Shown here: positions 13,501 through 27,300 of the stretch, one piece after another
Layout of the letters: each line of letters starts with the position of its first letter
Numbering within the stretch: the stretch's first letter is position 1
Source of the DNA: Octopus vulgaris
Lineage: Eukaryota
Assembly: GCA_951406725.2 (NCBI GenBank)
Contig: OX597829.1
Coordinates: 54,188,001-54,252,000, forward strand
DNA length: 64,000 nt
Direction: 5' to 3'
The notes under the pieces: generated by a model
What the model was told of the DNA's origin: nothing
The model's input: the letters and a program-made list of their open reading frames with translations, nothing else
Databases searched by the model: none
Made by a program: the position numbers and the translations under genes

Positions 13501-16500
13501 TGTTTCATTTATTCATATGCTTTAATGTTATTTTCTTTTTAACATATCCTTATATTGCATACAGAAACATTTGTAAAAAACTTACACCATATTCAAAGTC
13601 CTTGTTCTTAGTGCAGTAATCACAGGCAACACACTTTGTCTTGATTTATTCAAATTGATGAATAATTAAAGAAAATAATTCACTGCATATTTTCATATTT
13701 GATAGAATTCTTCATATTCTTTATTTAGCTTCAAAAGAATTCTAGAAAGAAGAATAAAAGGAAAAACAAAAGTGGAATTCTCTATGTTCCAGGTATGCTT
13801 GCTCTGATTTTATAAATTTCTCTTAAAACTATAAATTGATGATTTAAAAAAAAAATTATAGCCAAATTAATTTGTTTTTCTCTTCGAGGTAGAATTAGCA
13901 GCTTTGAGTGAATGGGGCCAGAGAAAATCCTGTTATTTTAAATGCACTCCAATGTTTATTGGTTTAAGAAACTGAATTCATTCATAAAGAAGTTTAACTG
14001 CCAAAAGAGAGTTAAATATGTAGATCTGTGATCACAGCATCAAACACTACGACCGTTAATATTGTCTTTTGTATGTGCTACTACAGCTGCAGCAGCATTT
14101 TATTTGCCTCAAACAACCCAGTTTTGAGAATAAGTTCTACTTTAATTTTACACAATTTCATTTTTTGTTTTAACAATCATAGATGTCATTGGTTTGGATT
14201 TCTCTTTTAGAAAATTACACTAGTCAAAGGAATAATTTGGAAATTCATGTAAAATCTTTGACAAACTTCATACAAGTTGTGGTGCTGATTAAAACAGTTG
14301 TATCAGATTTAAAAAGTAAATTCATTAGAATTGTTATTAATTAATTCGTTGTTTGTGTGTTCATGCATCCTGGCTGTGATTTACAATTTGATGGAATAAT
14401 CTCAATGCTAAAGGGCTAAAGTTGGAGTGTTTTGGTTCTGTTGTGTTTGTAGTTGGTTAAGCATAAAGTTAGCAATATTGTTGAAATAGACAGTTGCCAC
14501 AACCTCTGCTTGTAACACATTCAGTTGTCTTGCTTAAGTTGTATAGAGCAATAAGAGCTAGAACTATAAAAATTATTGGGGGTTTTGCTTTGAGAGATAA
14601 GAAAATACTGAAGGAAATATGTCATAGGAAAGAAATAAGAATCAAAAAAATATAACTAATAGTAAAATGATAATGGTTTCAAATTTTAGCACGAGGCCAG
14701 TATTTCTGGGTGAAAGGGTAAGTCAATTACACTGACCCCCAGTGTTTCACTGGTACTTATTTTATTGACCCTGAAAGGATGAAAAGCAAAGCTGGCTTCG
14801 GTGGAATTTGAACTCAGAACATGAAGACATGAAATGCTACTAAGCATTTTGCCCAGTTTGCTAATGATTCTGCCAACTCACTGCCTTTAGTGGTAAAATG
14901 ATATTGAAAAATATTCTTTTCTACTCAAGGCCCAAAATTTTTTGGGGAGGGGGCCAGTCGATTAGATCAATCTCAGTATGCAACTGATACTTAATTTATC
15001 GACCCCAAAAGGATGAAAGGCAAAATTGACCTCGGCAGAATTTGAACTCAGAATGCAAAGACAGACGAAATACCACTAAGCATTTCACCTGGCATGCTAA
15101 CGTTTCTGCCAGCTCACCACCTTCAATATTGAAGAATATTAACAGTCTTTGTATTTTTGTATATATTTACCCTATACCTTACCTAGGTGTTTTTTCCATT
15201 TGTCTCCAGATAACACTGAATGGTTAAACGAGACTCCAAAAAGTTTGTGGAAGCGCATTGTTAATGACGTACATGAGTATTATCATTTTACTGTAGAAAG
15301 GTATGGACAATTTTTCTACTCTTTTTAATTACACTAAATTTAATAAGTTAGAATTTTTAGTAAATTTTTCATAAAATAATTATCAGATTAGGTTTCACTT
15401 TGACCACTTCTTTTCTCAAGAAATGGTATCTTTGGCTTTCCTTCAATATTAACCTATAGCTTCTTTCCTTCAATATTAACCTTTCACATTTCAATATAAA
15501 TATCAACTTCCTCATCCAATCTTACCTATGAATTGCCTATTGAAGAATTCCAATACTTTATAGATTAATATAATCATCACAACAATGAGATAAACTAAAC
15601 ATCTAGCAAAACTGTTAGCAGTTTGCATTCTGTCACCAATTTTCTGACTACGGCCAAATCGCTTCTTATATTTGATCAGTCTTCCTAGCTATGTGTTGAC
15701 AGTGCTAACGCATAAACTTTGACATTTTCCTTTGCATATGGATTCAAGGTCATTTGTTTCTATGGGAAGACAGAACAATTATTTATTTCATTACTTAATC
15801 AGGAGGAGAGAGAAGCCCTCATGGTTCATTATAGGACCTTTAACCCTTTAGTATTTAAAGAGGCCATATCCGGCCAAAATAACTAATCTGTTTTATGTTC
15901 AAACTGACCAGATCCAGGCTCTCACACCTACCCTACAATGTTATTCTACATTAAGTAATTACACCATCAGCATCTTGAAGATATGAGATAATGCATGAAT
16001 AATTCAAATCAATGGGAATCAATAGGCATTATGTTTGATTGAATAATCTGAACACTAAAGGATTAAACTGGTGGAAAAGAAAGAGGAAGCCTTGCTCCTT
16101 TTGCTTGCATCAGAGTGAGGACCCTGGTAAAGGTACCCAGGAATTAGATGTTTGCATAAGACATTGATTTCCTCCAGCCCACAGATATTAATTAGCAATT
16201 GTGTAAGAATAATACTGGTTTCAAATCTTGGCACAAGGCCAGTAATTTCGGTGGGAGGGTTAAGTCATTACATTGACCCCCAGTGTTCAACTGTTATTTT
16301 ATTGACCTCAAAATGATGACAGTCAACCTTGATGGAATTTGATTAATAATAATAATAATAATAATATTGACCACACTGATCTCACCAGTTTTGGAGAACC
16401 TATGAAGACCATGGACACAGTGCCTTCCTTCAAATCAATTAAAACAAAACATAGAAGTTATTGTAATCCTTGTCATCCTAGGGAGACTTAGTCACATAGT

Positions 16501-17436
16501 TATTGGTTTTTCCTTGTAAGCAACACAAACATTGTTGATTAATATAAACATTCCAAACATTAACCTAGAATGGTAAATAAATCTGTATTTTACTCCTCGT
16601 ATTTTTTTAAGATATAGCAAATTTATTGATTTTACTATTATTATTATTATTATTGTTTTTTTGTTTTGTTTTCTTTTTTCTTTTTTCTAGTGACTCTGTG
16701 GATTCACTTGTAGAAAAGTATGGCATACAAAAAATATCCTTGTTGCGGTCCATTTGCAGGAAATGTGGAATTCAAATTCTGTTAAAAGATTATAACTTTG
16801 ACTCTAAGAACAGACAAACCTTTTTTGAGGATGATATTGTAAATGTATTTCCTGTCATTAAATGTGTCCATCCAAAGGTTCGGTTCTTTCTAAATATATT
16901 TTTTAAATATTTTGTTTCTTAAATACACACACACACACACACACACATGCATATATATATATATATATATATATACATCTTTTTTTGGAACACTGGATCT
17001 CGAAGCATATAAATGCTGTAAGCAGTAGCATTTATATGTAAATATTAGGTTGAAAATCCGTTTTGGATAGAAAAAAATCAAAATTTTCTGTACAGAAGGG
17101 CTTTTTATTTACATGCTGTTGTTCATAAGGATTCATATGCTACGAGATCCAGTTCCAGAAAAGAATTATTCCACATTCTCTTGAAAGTTCATTAACCCTT
17201 TAGTATTTAAACCGGCCATATTTGGCCCAGATATTCTACATGTTTTATATTCAAACTGGCAATATCTAGCCTCTCACACCTAACCTACAATGTCATTCTA
17301 AATATAAACAATCCCATCATTGAAATCTCAAAGCTATAAGATAATGCATGATTAATTCAAAACAATTTGAGTGAAAAAGTATTACATTTAACAGAGTAAT
17401 CTGAACACTAAAGGGTTAATTCTTATCACATCAACA

Positions 17437-17487
<51 letters not shown>

Positions 17488-18263
17488 CATGCTGTCATAG
17501 ACAATGGCATTTCAAAAAAAAAAAAGCTGAAACTGGTTTTCAATAAAAAAAATATGAGCATAAATACACATTCCATGTGTTTGATATAGTCTTCTTACGA
17601 AAACATTAGTATTGCCAGGCTAGGTTCTAATCAAAATTCATTTACCAAAAGTGGTATATTTTGTCAGTAATCAGTATAGCATGCATTCTGTAGACATGTA
17701 TAAATATCATTGTGATATGTTCTACATGATGTGGTGACAAATATATGCATACACTACAATATGCTAATTTTCTTCACTATATATTTTTAGTATTTTTCCT
17801 ATGATTAATATTGTATAAAAAAGGTTTTGTATAAAATATATTACAGTTTCCATATCCTAAAATACATGTATGTATATGATATACATTGCATATATATTGT
17901 ATTTTAACGTGTATAAGGAATTTTGGGGGCTTAAAATTTGGAAAAAAGTTTTTGTAAGGGATTATAATATTATCCATGTATAAGAAACTCAACATATTTT
18001 TTAAACCAAACTTTTGACAAAAAGGGGTTCATTATACACATTAAAATACAATATATATATATAACAGTTATTTTATTCCCCTTAGATAGAAATATAGGAA
18101 AAATAGAAGTTGAAAATGCACTGAAAATAGTTAAAATATGTATTAGTAATATATTTAAAACGTTAATCAGTTTCACAGTTTACACTGATTTTCAAACTGT
18201 GAAACTAGTTAAAGATTCAAAAATATTTTAACTGTTCTCAGTGCATTTTCAACTTCTATTTTT

Positions 18264-18306
<43 letters not shown>

Positions 18307-21300
18307 TGAACAATGTATCATACATTACTGAATATAATTTAGACATTCCTTTATTTAGTCATTTAACCACATTAAACATTGTTTAATTAAGCAAATCTTT
18401 CATTACATTGCATTTTTTCTATGTACAACTTCAGGTTATTCTTATCTATATGTAGCATAGATTCAGGTGTGGCTGTGTAGTAAGAAGTTTGCTTTCCAAC
18501 CACACATGGTTCTGGTTTCAGTCCTAGTGCATGGCACATTGGGCAAGTGTTTTCTACTACTGTTCTGAACTGACCAAAGCCTTGTGAGTGGATTTGGTGG
18601 ATGGAAACTAAAAGAAGCCCATTGTGTAATATATACATGTGTACATATATGCATGTGTGCATATAAGCATGTGTGCATATATACTGAAGGAACCTATGTG
18701 CATGTGAGCATATATATATATGTGTGTGTGTGAGTTTGTGCACAACAAAGTTTACTGTAGAAGATAAGGATAATAAATGTTGTCTATTTTTGTCCCCAGA
18801 AAGAGTTGAACCCACAACCTTCTTTGATAGTTCCAACACTGAGGTACATGATAAAAGTTATGCAAACAATAAGTGGAGCAGAAGATGTACATACATGTGG
18901 ACCTGTGTCTTTGTTCCTGTGTTTGTCCCCCATCACTGCTTGACAACTGGTGTTTGTGTGTTTATTTCCCTGTTGTTTATTGGTTCAGCGAAAACGACCA
19001 ATAGACTAAGTTCCCCATGCTTTTGTATGTGGTGGTGGGGGGGCGGTCAATTCATTTGACTAAATATTCTCCAAGGCAGTGCCCCAGCATGGCCACAGTC
19101 TAATCACTGAAACAAGCAAAAACTAAAGGATAGGTTTGGATTTCTCTTTTAGAAAATTACAAACACTGAATTAATGTATAATCATTGACACCCTTCTTCA
19201 CACTTCCATGATAATTCCTATTATGGTAAATACTTCTATATCACTTTAACCATTCATGTTCATCTTACCCACATGTCTTTTTTTATGCCAAATTATGTTT
19301 AAATAATTATTTTCTCTGCTGATGGTTCACAATTTATTTTTAGGCTAGTGATGCTTATCATTTTTTCACAAGTGGTCAAAGTAAAATTCAGCAAGGACTT
19401 TTAAGAGAAGGATATGATTTAATTAGTGAAGCACTAAACCTGTTAAATAACGTCTACGGTGCAATGCATCCAGACATTGCTGCTTGCCTACGGTTACTTG
19501 CACGACTCAACTATATCATGGGAGAGTATTCTGAGGTTAGTGCTGAATTTCTTTTCATCTTTACATATTTTTTCCTCTCTTCAGGTGTGTTTAAGAAAAA
19601 CTTTCATCTCTTTTAGCTTGTGTACTTTGTTTCTTTCTTTTTTTCTTGCATTTCCATAAATCCAAACTTTTAATTGAAAAAGATTAACAATGTGAGATAA
19701 GTTTCTAAAACAAAACAATCTGAAAACATTGTGATATTTATGGCACAAGATTGATCATTTTTCACTGCTGCAGACACCAGAAGTAATATCTGTCATTTAT
19801 CACAAAATAAAGGCATTGCTCTCAGAAACGTGAAAACCATTATCAGAACTAAATTGTTACCACTTTAGTGTGTGTGTGTGTGTGTAATTTTTGTAAAAAT
19901 GTTATGCAAAGTCATAAACAGGAACGTCTGCCTGTCTCTCTTTCTCTCTCACACACACACAGACTAGTGGTTAGTATTAAACTCCTGATCATGAGATTGT
20001 GGTTTTGATTCCTAAACCAGTGGTATGATGTGTCCTTAAAAGATTTCATTTCACATTGCTCTATTCCTGTGGACCTCTTTTATTTAAATGAGTTTTCCCG
20101 CAGAACCCAGGATATTGAAAGGTCTGTCAGCTTAACGTGTTCACAGACCACAGGCTGGGAACCACTGATCTAGTCCATCATCATTTAACATTGCCCATGC
20201 TGTCATGGGTTGGATGGTTTGACCAAAGCTGGAGAGCTGCACCAGGCTCCAGTCACCTGCTTTGGCATGGTTTCTACAGCTGGATGCTCTTCCTAACACC
20301 AACCCTATAACAGGGTGCTGGGTGTCTTTTATGTGGCACCACATGGGTACTTATACATGGCACCGCATGGAGGCTTCTATGTAGTACCACCATGAGTGGT
20401 TTACACCATCAGAAGGATTAGTCTTAAGACTTCTGCTGTACAACCCTGCAATGGACTGGTGTTTCGTTCAGGGAGAATGTTACCCTGCCCACCTAGCTGG
20501 CTTGGTGACACCATTTGAAAGCTGAAACAATGTGAGGAAGTATGTTGTGATCAGCAGTATATACCATCTGAAAGCCTGGTCAATACAGTGATATACCACA
20601 CACACACACACGCATGCACACAGCCAGGCAAGCAGGCAGGTCTCGATTGGTTATCAGCAACCATTTTTCTTGCATGAGTTATCTTATCAAGTTGCAGCAA
20701 TACTTTAGTTATGAAATATCTCTGGTTTAAGATATTTAAGTGATTAATACTGTGAATGTCACTCAATTTTTATATATATGTATATATATATATACAAAGT
20801 TAATCTGATTTCAGTCTTTAAAGATTTTTTTTACCTTTAAATGGGAAAATAAAAAATCTAAAAATGAAAGGACATATTTTCTACTTAATGAATTATTGAA
20901 CTGCTTTAATTTCATCTATTAATTGCTATTATTACCATTTGTAATTTACTTTTGAATTTTTTTTCTATTTTTAAAGGCTCTTTCCTATCAACAAAGGGCA
21001 GTTCTTATGAGTGAAAGAGTATTAGGCATTGATAATGCTAATACCATCACAGAATATGTGAGTCTGATTTTACTGTTTAATAAAACATTTTGTAACTTAA
21101 TATAAATATGCAGGTGGTTATCTGTAATTGTGTTGGCTAAAACAGCATAATTAGTCATTTGTTTAATTGACAAGATCTTTACAAAAATTTATCTTAATAT
21201 TCCATCATTTAGGACTCTTATGTACCACTTAACTTAATCCATCCACCCTTCCATCTCTGCCCACTTGGGATTATTGTTTGGGTAGTGTTCTCAGGCACCC

Positions 21301-24300
21301 CCTTCATAGGGTCCAATCAGAAACAACTATCAATTAGACATTCCAGGTAGATTCCCATGTATCGCCAATTGAGACCATGGATATTATCCCAACTTCTCGT
21401 TCTTGGCCTACCCTTTAAGTCTCTTGCTGGTTGGCTCAGCTTGAAAGAATTCCTGTTGTCATTCTTTTCTCTGACATTTCTAATGACTGAACTTAATGAG
21501 ATTTATAAAATAATAGCATCATAAATTTTGAAAAATTTGCACCACAATGTCAGAATAATAATTATTAAATTTGAATGTAATGTGTTTCTATGGAAAGTTA
21601 AACACATTAGGGTTGTTGTTTTTTTTTGTGTGTGTGTTTAAGTTATATATTGAGCAGTCACCATCATCATCATCATCATTTTCATTATCATCTCTATCAC
21701 TGCTGTCATCATAATCTACATCTTCATCATTATTATAACTAGCTGGCCTCTTGCTGTCAAAAATGATGGCTGATTGGAGTATCTATATATATAAATGAGG
21801 TACATAATAATCAGATGCAAACATCCACATACTTTCCTTGTACACACACACAGAAACACACAAAGAAAATTGAAAATTGATTGTTCACCATCCCACTTCC
21901 ACTGCGCACACACACACAAACATTCACATGACTCCCTTTTACATACACACACACAGTTGAAAAGCTTCACCATAGAACTTCCATCATCCCACTACCTTCC
22001 TTCCTTCCTTATTCATCTATCACCCCTTCCTTCCTTCCTTATTCATCTATCACCCCTCCTTTCTCATTCATAAGTTGTGATGGAAGAAAACACAATTGTA
22101 TTATTATAGTAGACTTTCAGTTTATGAGATTGGTTTTGATAAATCCTGAGCAAATTTAACGTGGGGGGGGGGGGTCAGAAAGTTATAAGATATTCTTGTT
22201 GGGTGCAAGAACACTCACCTTAAGTAACACATTGTTTTTATTTCCCCCTTTTAACTGGATCTGTTTTTTTTTCTACAGACACACTAAATACTCACGTTTC
22301 CTAAAAACTTCCATTCATTTCTTTCTATTAATGTTTTATTCAGGCCCACCTTGCTCTTTATTGTTTTGCCAACAATCAAATAGCAAATGCCTTAAAGTTG
22401 ATCTATCGAGCGAGATATTTAGCTTTAATATGTCATGGTGAAAATCATCCTGAAGTGGCCTTATTCGATGTAAGTATTCTCGTTTGCTCAAACTTTTAAC
22501 CCTTTCGCTACTGTATTTTAAAAACAAGACATTTGTACTACAGAGCTCAATTTCAGCTGGGTTGTTATCTAAAGGGTTAAGAATTGTTTCTCTATTATAT
22601 ATTTTAACCCTCTGGTTACCATATTTCTGTTGAGATACTCTATGTTTCTATCAATTAATTTAAAATATAACAAAGAATTTAGTAAAATAACTTAGTTACC
22701 ATTAAGCTAGTGTTAGGAACATAAATTGTGACTGAAGTTTGGTGGAAGATTTTAATTCAAACCTTATGAAAACAAGACATTTGTACTCAGAGCCAGTTTC
22801 AGGCAGGTTGGTAATGAAAGGGTTAAGAATTGTTTCTCTATTATATATTTTAACCCTTTTGTTACCATATTTCCGTTGAGATGCTCTGTGTTTCTTTCTA
22901 TTAATTTCAAATATAACAAAGAATTTAGTAAAATAACTTAGTTATTAAGCTGGGTTGGTAACGAAAGAGTTAATGTCTGTCTTGAAAAAAAAAACAATTA
23001 AATTTACATATTTTTTATAATATTTTTCATTTTACTCACTTATACAAGAAATAACCAATTAGCTGATGCTAAGGATTATTGGGAATTGTCCCTAAAATTT
23101 TAGCTTATAAAATAGTCCATTGTCCAGACCTAGTATTGAAATCTTGAAGCTACAAGATAATGCAGGATTAATTCAAAACAATGTAAATAAATAATCTTTA
23201 CATTTGACAGGGTTTTATGGGTTCCTAGCCATCAACTTTTTTCTCTGAAGAAAGCTGGGGACTCACTACACATAAGTTGATCATCTTATATGTTTTTGAT
23301 TGAGTTGTTGTATCACTTCATATTTAGATGCAAAAAGGCTAATGTTTGGAAAGCAATAAAAAAAACTTTTATCTTATTTTACAGAGCAATATTGGTTTGA
23401 TTTTACATGCTGCCGAAGAGTATGATCTATCCTTACGGTTCTTAGAAAAAGCTTTAGAACTGAATATTAAGTAAGTATTCCTACAAAGTAATAATTAATA
23501 AATCACTTTTTTTTTTTGATAAATTGCAATAATAATTCTGTTTAACTGATAATATTCTTTATGTATACATATAGGCGCAGGCGTGGCTGTGTGGTAAGAA
23601 GCTTGCTTCTCAACCACATGGTTCTGGGTTCAGTCCCACTTGTGTCACACTTCAGGCAAGTGTCTTCTACTATAGCCTTGGGCTGACCGAAACCTTGTGA
23701 GTGGATTTGTCAGACAGAAGCTGAAAGAAGCCTGTCATACATATGTGTGTGTGTGTGTGTATATATATTATTATATATATATATATATATACATACATAT
23801 ACATATGAGTTTCTGTCTTTGTCCCCCCACCATCGCTTGACAACTGATGTTGGTGTGTTTACTTTCCAGTAACTTAGCAGTTCAGCAAAATAGACTGATA
23901 GAATAAGTCCTAGGGTTGATTTGTTTGACTAAAGGTGGTGCTCCAACATGGCCACAATCAAATGACTGAAACAAATAAAAGTGTACACAAATGCTAGGTG
24001 CCATATGTTAGTAGCGGAAAGTACCTGTGACAAAAATGCTTTCACTATGATGGTGAGTGCTGTTACAACATCTTTATCATCATTTAATGTCCCTCTTCTA
24101 TGCTGGCATAGTTGGACAGTTTTATTGTATAACATTCAACAGTTACCTTTTCTTTAAATTCTTTCAAAAATAGAGACTTCTTTGTTCTAATCATGGAACA
24201 TATCCCAGCCTCAGTCATAACCAAGTATCCCTATTATTTAGCTGTTCTTTTAGCCATTTGATAATGCTTCCTAATACCATTTTCCAAGCCAGTCTCTTAG

Positions 24301-27300
24301 CTTTTACTTCCCCCCACCATCGACTTTCTCTTTCCATCACCACATCACTTTCAGTTTGGTTGAGACTTTACTCAAGCCACCTCTCTCTGATCTCTAGCCC
24401 TAAGCAGGTTATTAACAGAAATTCCCAGTATCTAAGTTTTCCTCCCTACAGTCATATATATCAATTAACATTTCTCTAAATTTATTCCCAACTGGTGGAT
24501 CTTTTAGTTTCTATATCTTCTCCATGCTGCCTTTTGCTAAAATAAATGACTTTGAAATAATAAATAATATATCTGTAATATATCAATAGGAAGTATATTA
24601 AAATAATGCTTTTCTTTAAGCATAATATGAACATATTATTTGTACATTAAGTCATCACCTTTTTTTTGTTAATTTAGATTTTATGGTGCAAAAAGTTTGA
24701 AAGTTGCGATGGGTCACCATTTAGTTGCTCGAACACGCTCTTGTAGAAGTGATTTTAGATCTGCTCTACAGAGTGAAAAAGAAGCCTATGCAATTTATAA
24801 ACAAGTTGTAAGTATATAATCTTGATAGTATATTTAGAAGTTTTTTTTTTAAATAATGAACAATTTTAGCTGTCAATGTATTTGTTTGAAGTTTCGATGG
24901 TCTAGCGAATGTCTTAAACTACTTGACATAATAAAATAACCAAACAATTGAGTGCAAACTATTCCATATATATTAGCCTGCACTTAAATGAATTTTTAAT
25001 TGGATCCCTATCACGAGTAACAACATTGGATATGTGTTTGTCTTATTTGACCTCATCAGCAAATTTGACTAATATTTTTTTTTTTTAAATTTAAAGCTTG
25101 GTGAGGAACACGAGAGAACCAAAGAAAGTTCTGAATGTTTAAAACATTTGACTCAACAAGCTGTAGTTTTTCAAAAGAAAATGAATGAAATCTGCAAAGG
25201 AGAAAAAAGCATAAATTTTGCTCCTCTTCAGGTGAGTGTCGATATTCTTCCTCTTCAAGAAGTCATTTCAATCTTTTCAACAAGAAAATATTCTATTAGC
25301 TACTCTTAGATTATTTACTACGAAGATTTTTTTTTTTTAACTCTTTGGCATTTGAACCAGCCATATCCAGTCCAAATATGTCATTCTATAAAATAAACAA
25401 TCACATCATTGAAATCTCAAAGATATGAGATAATGCATGGTTAATTCAAAACAATATGACTGAGTAATCCAGATGCTAAAAGATTAATTCTATGAATTAT
25501 GTAAAACATATCTTCTAACATCTGCTAAAATAACTTATTGGCAAGAATATCTTGCCCAATGGTTATGGATTTTATGATTGTCTTTAGCATAACATTCTAG
25601 GGTAGGTGCAAGAGGTAAGATGCAGCAAGTTTGAACATAAAATAGGTGAAGCATTTCGGCTGGATATGGCTGGTTTAAATACTAAGAGGATTAAAAAGTT
25701 CAGATTAATGCAAAATTCTGAAATTCAAAACAAGCTAATCATTCTTTTGATTATTTTAGCAGTTTCATAATTTTTTTCAATTATTTCTATCATTTATTTT
25801 GCAGATACAGACTCCATCTATTCAGAGTGTTCTTGACACTTTAAATGTCATTAATGGTATTGTGTTTGTCCAAATAAGGTAAGAAACTATTTTAAAACTT
25901 ACAACTGCTTAGAGAAATTTTAGTCCTAATTCTGAATGTATCAGCTGGGAATTATTTATAGTTAATTTTTCTAGCTTGCTGTTAGAAGGCACAAACTCTT
26001 CAATATATTCTCAGCATCTTACTTTAATTCCAAAATCTACAGTATACACCAAAATAAAGAAAGAATGGCCAGTTAAAACTGGTAAAATGTTGGGATTTTT
26101 TCCTCTACACACATATTGTATATGTATAGAGTATTGGCCTGTGGAGATAAGACATGCATCTGCTCTCACAGAACTCTGAGAGGACCTTTAGACAACTATA
26201 CTCTCTTTTACTTGTTTCAGTCATTTAACTGCGGCCATGCTGGAGCACCGCCTTTAGTTGAGCAAATCGACCCCGGGACTTATTCTTTGTAAGCCCAGTA
26301 CTTATTCTATCGGTCTCTTTTGCTGAACCGCTAAGTGACGGGGACGTAAACACACCAGCATCGGTTGTCAAGCAATGCTAGGGAGACAAACACAGACACA
26401 CAAACATATACACACACACTTATATATATACACATATATACGACAGGCTTCTTTCAGTTTCCGTCTACCAAATCCACTCACAAGGCATTGGTCGGCCCAG
26501 GGCTATAGCAGAAGACACTTGCCGAAGATGCCACACAGTGGGACTGAACCCAGAACCATGTGGTTGGTAAGCAAGCTACTTACCACACAGCCACTCCTGC
26601 GCCTATATTGTGTATTTTCTTCTTCTCCACCTTGCTGCTGCAGCATAATGGTTGGATCATTAGCATGTTGGGCAAAATGCTTTGCACCATTTCGTCTGTC
26701 TTTATGGTTCCATACGCAAATGCCACTGGGGTCAACTTTCATTCTTTCAGGGTTGATAAAATAAGTATATGTTAAACACAACTTACCCACCTCTAAAACT
26801 GCTGGCCTTGTGCCAAAATTTGAATCCTTTGAAGGTGCCTCAGACAAAATGCTTAGCGCCACTTCATCTGTCTTTGTGTTCTGGGTTCAAATGTCACTGA
26901 GTCAACTTTACCGTTCATCCTTTTGAGATTAATAAAATAAATACCTGTCAAGTACTGGGTTCAGTGTAATAAACTTATCCTTTGCCTTGTACCAAAATTG
27001 TTGGCCTTGTGCAAAAATTTAAAACCATCATTATTTAATGCCCACATTAGTGCTATTTTTATTATTTAATGTCCATGTTCCATGCTAGCACGGATACAGT
27101 TGGTGTGGCTATTCAAGGAACTGATAAAATAGCTTTAAAAACTCAGGCTTAGCTTGCTTCACATTTAATTTCTAATTGTATAATGCTCAGGTAACTTATT
27201 CAGGTGAATCTGATTTGTTTTTTCGTTTTTTGTATACCTTTTTTAATCAGCCCTGAAGATATTGAACGCTTCCGGTTAGAAATGTTGAAACGTTCTCAAC

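Noticed and set aside
23573-23650. tRNA genes at A/B-box sequences (also 13217, 41750, 44347, 63277)
   Set aside because: No complete cloverleaf, and each continues into a repeated SINE body
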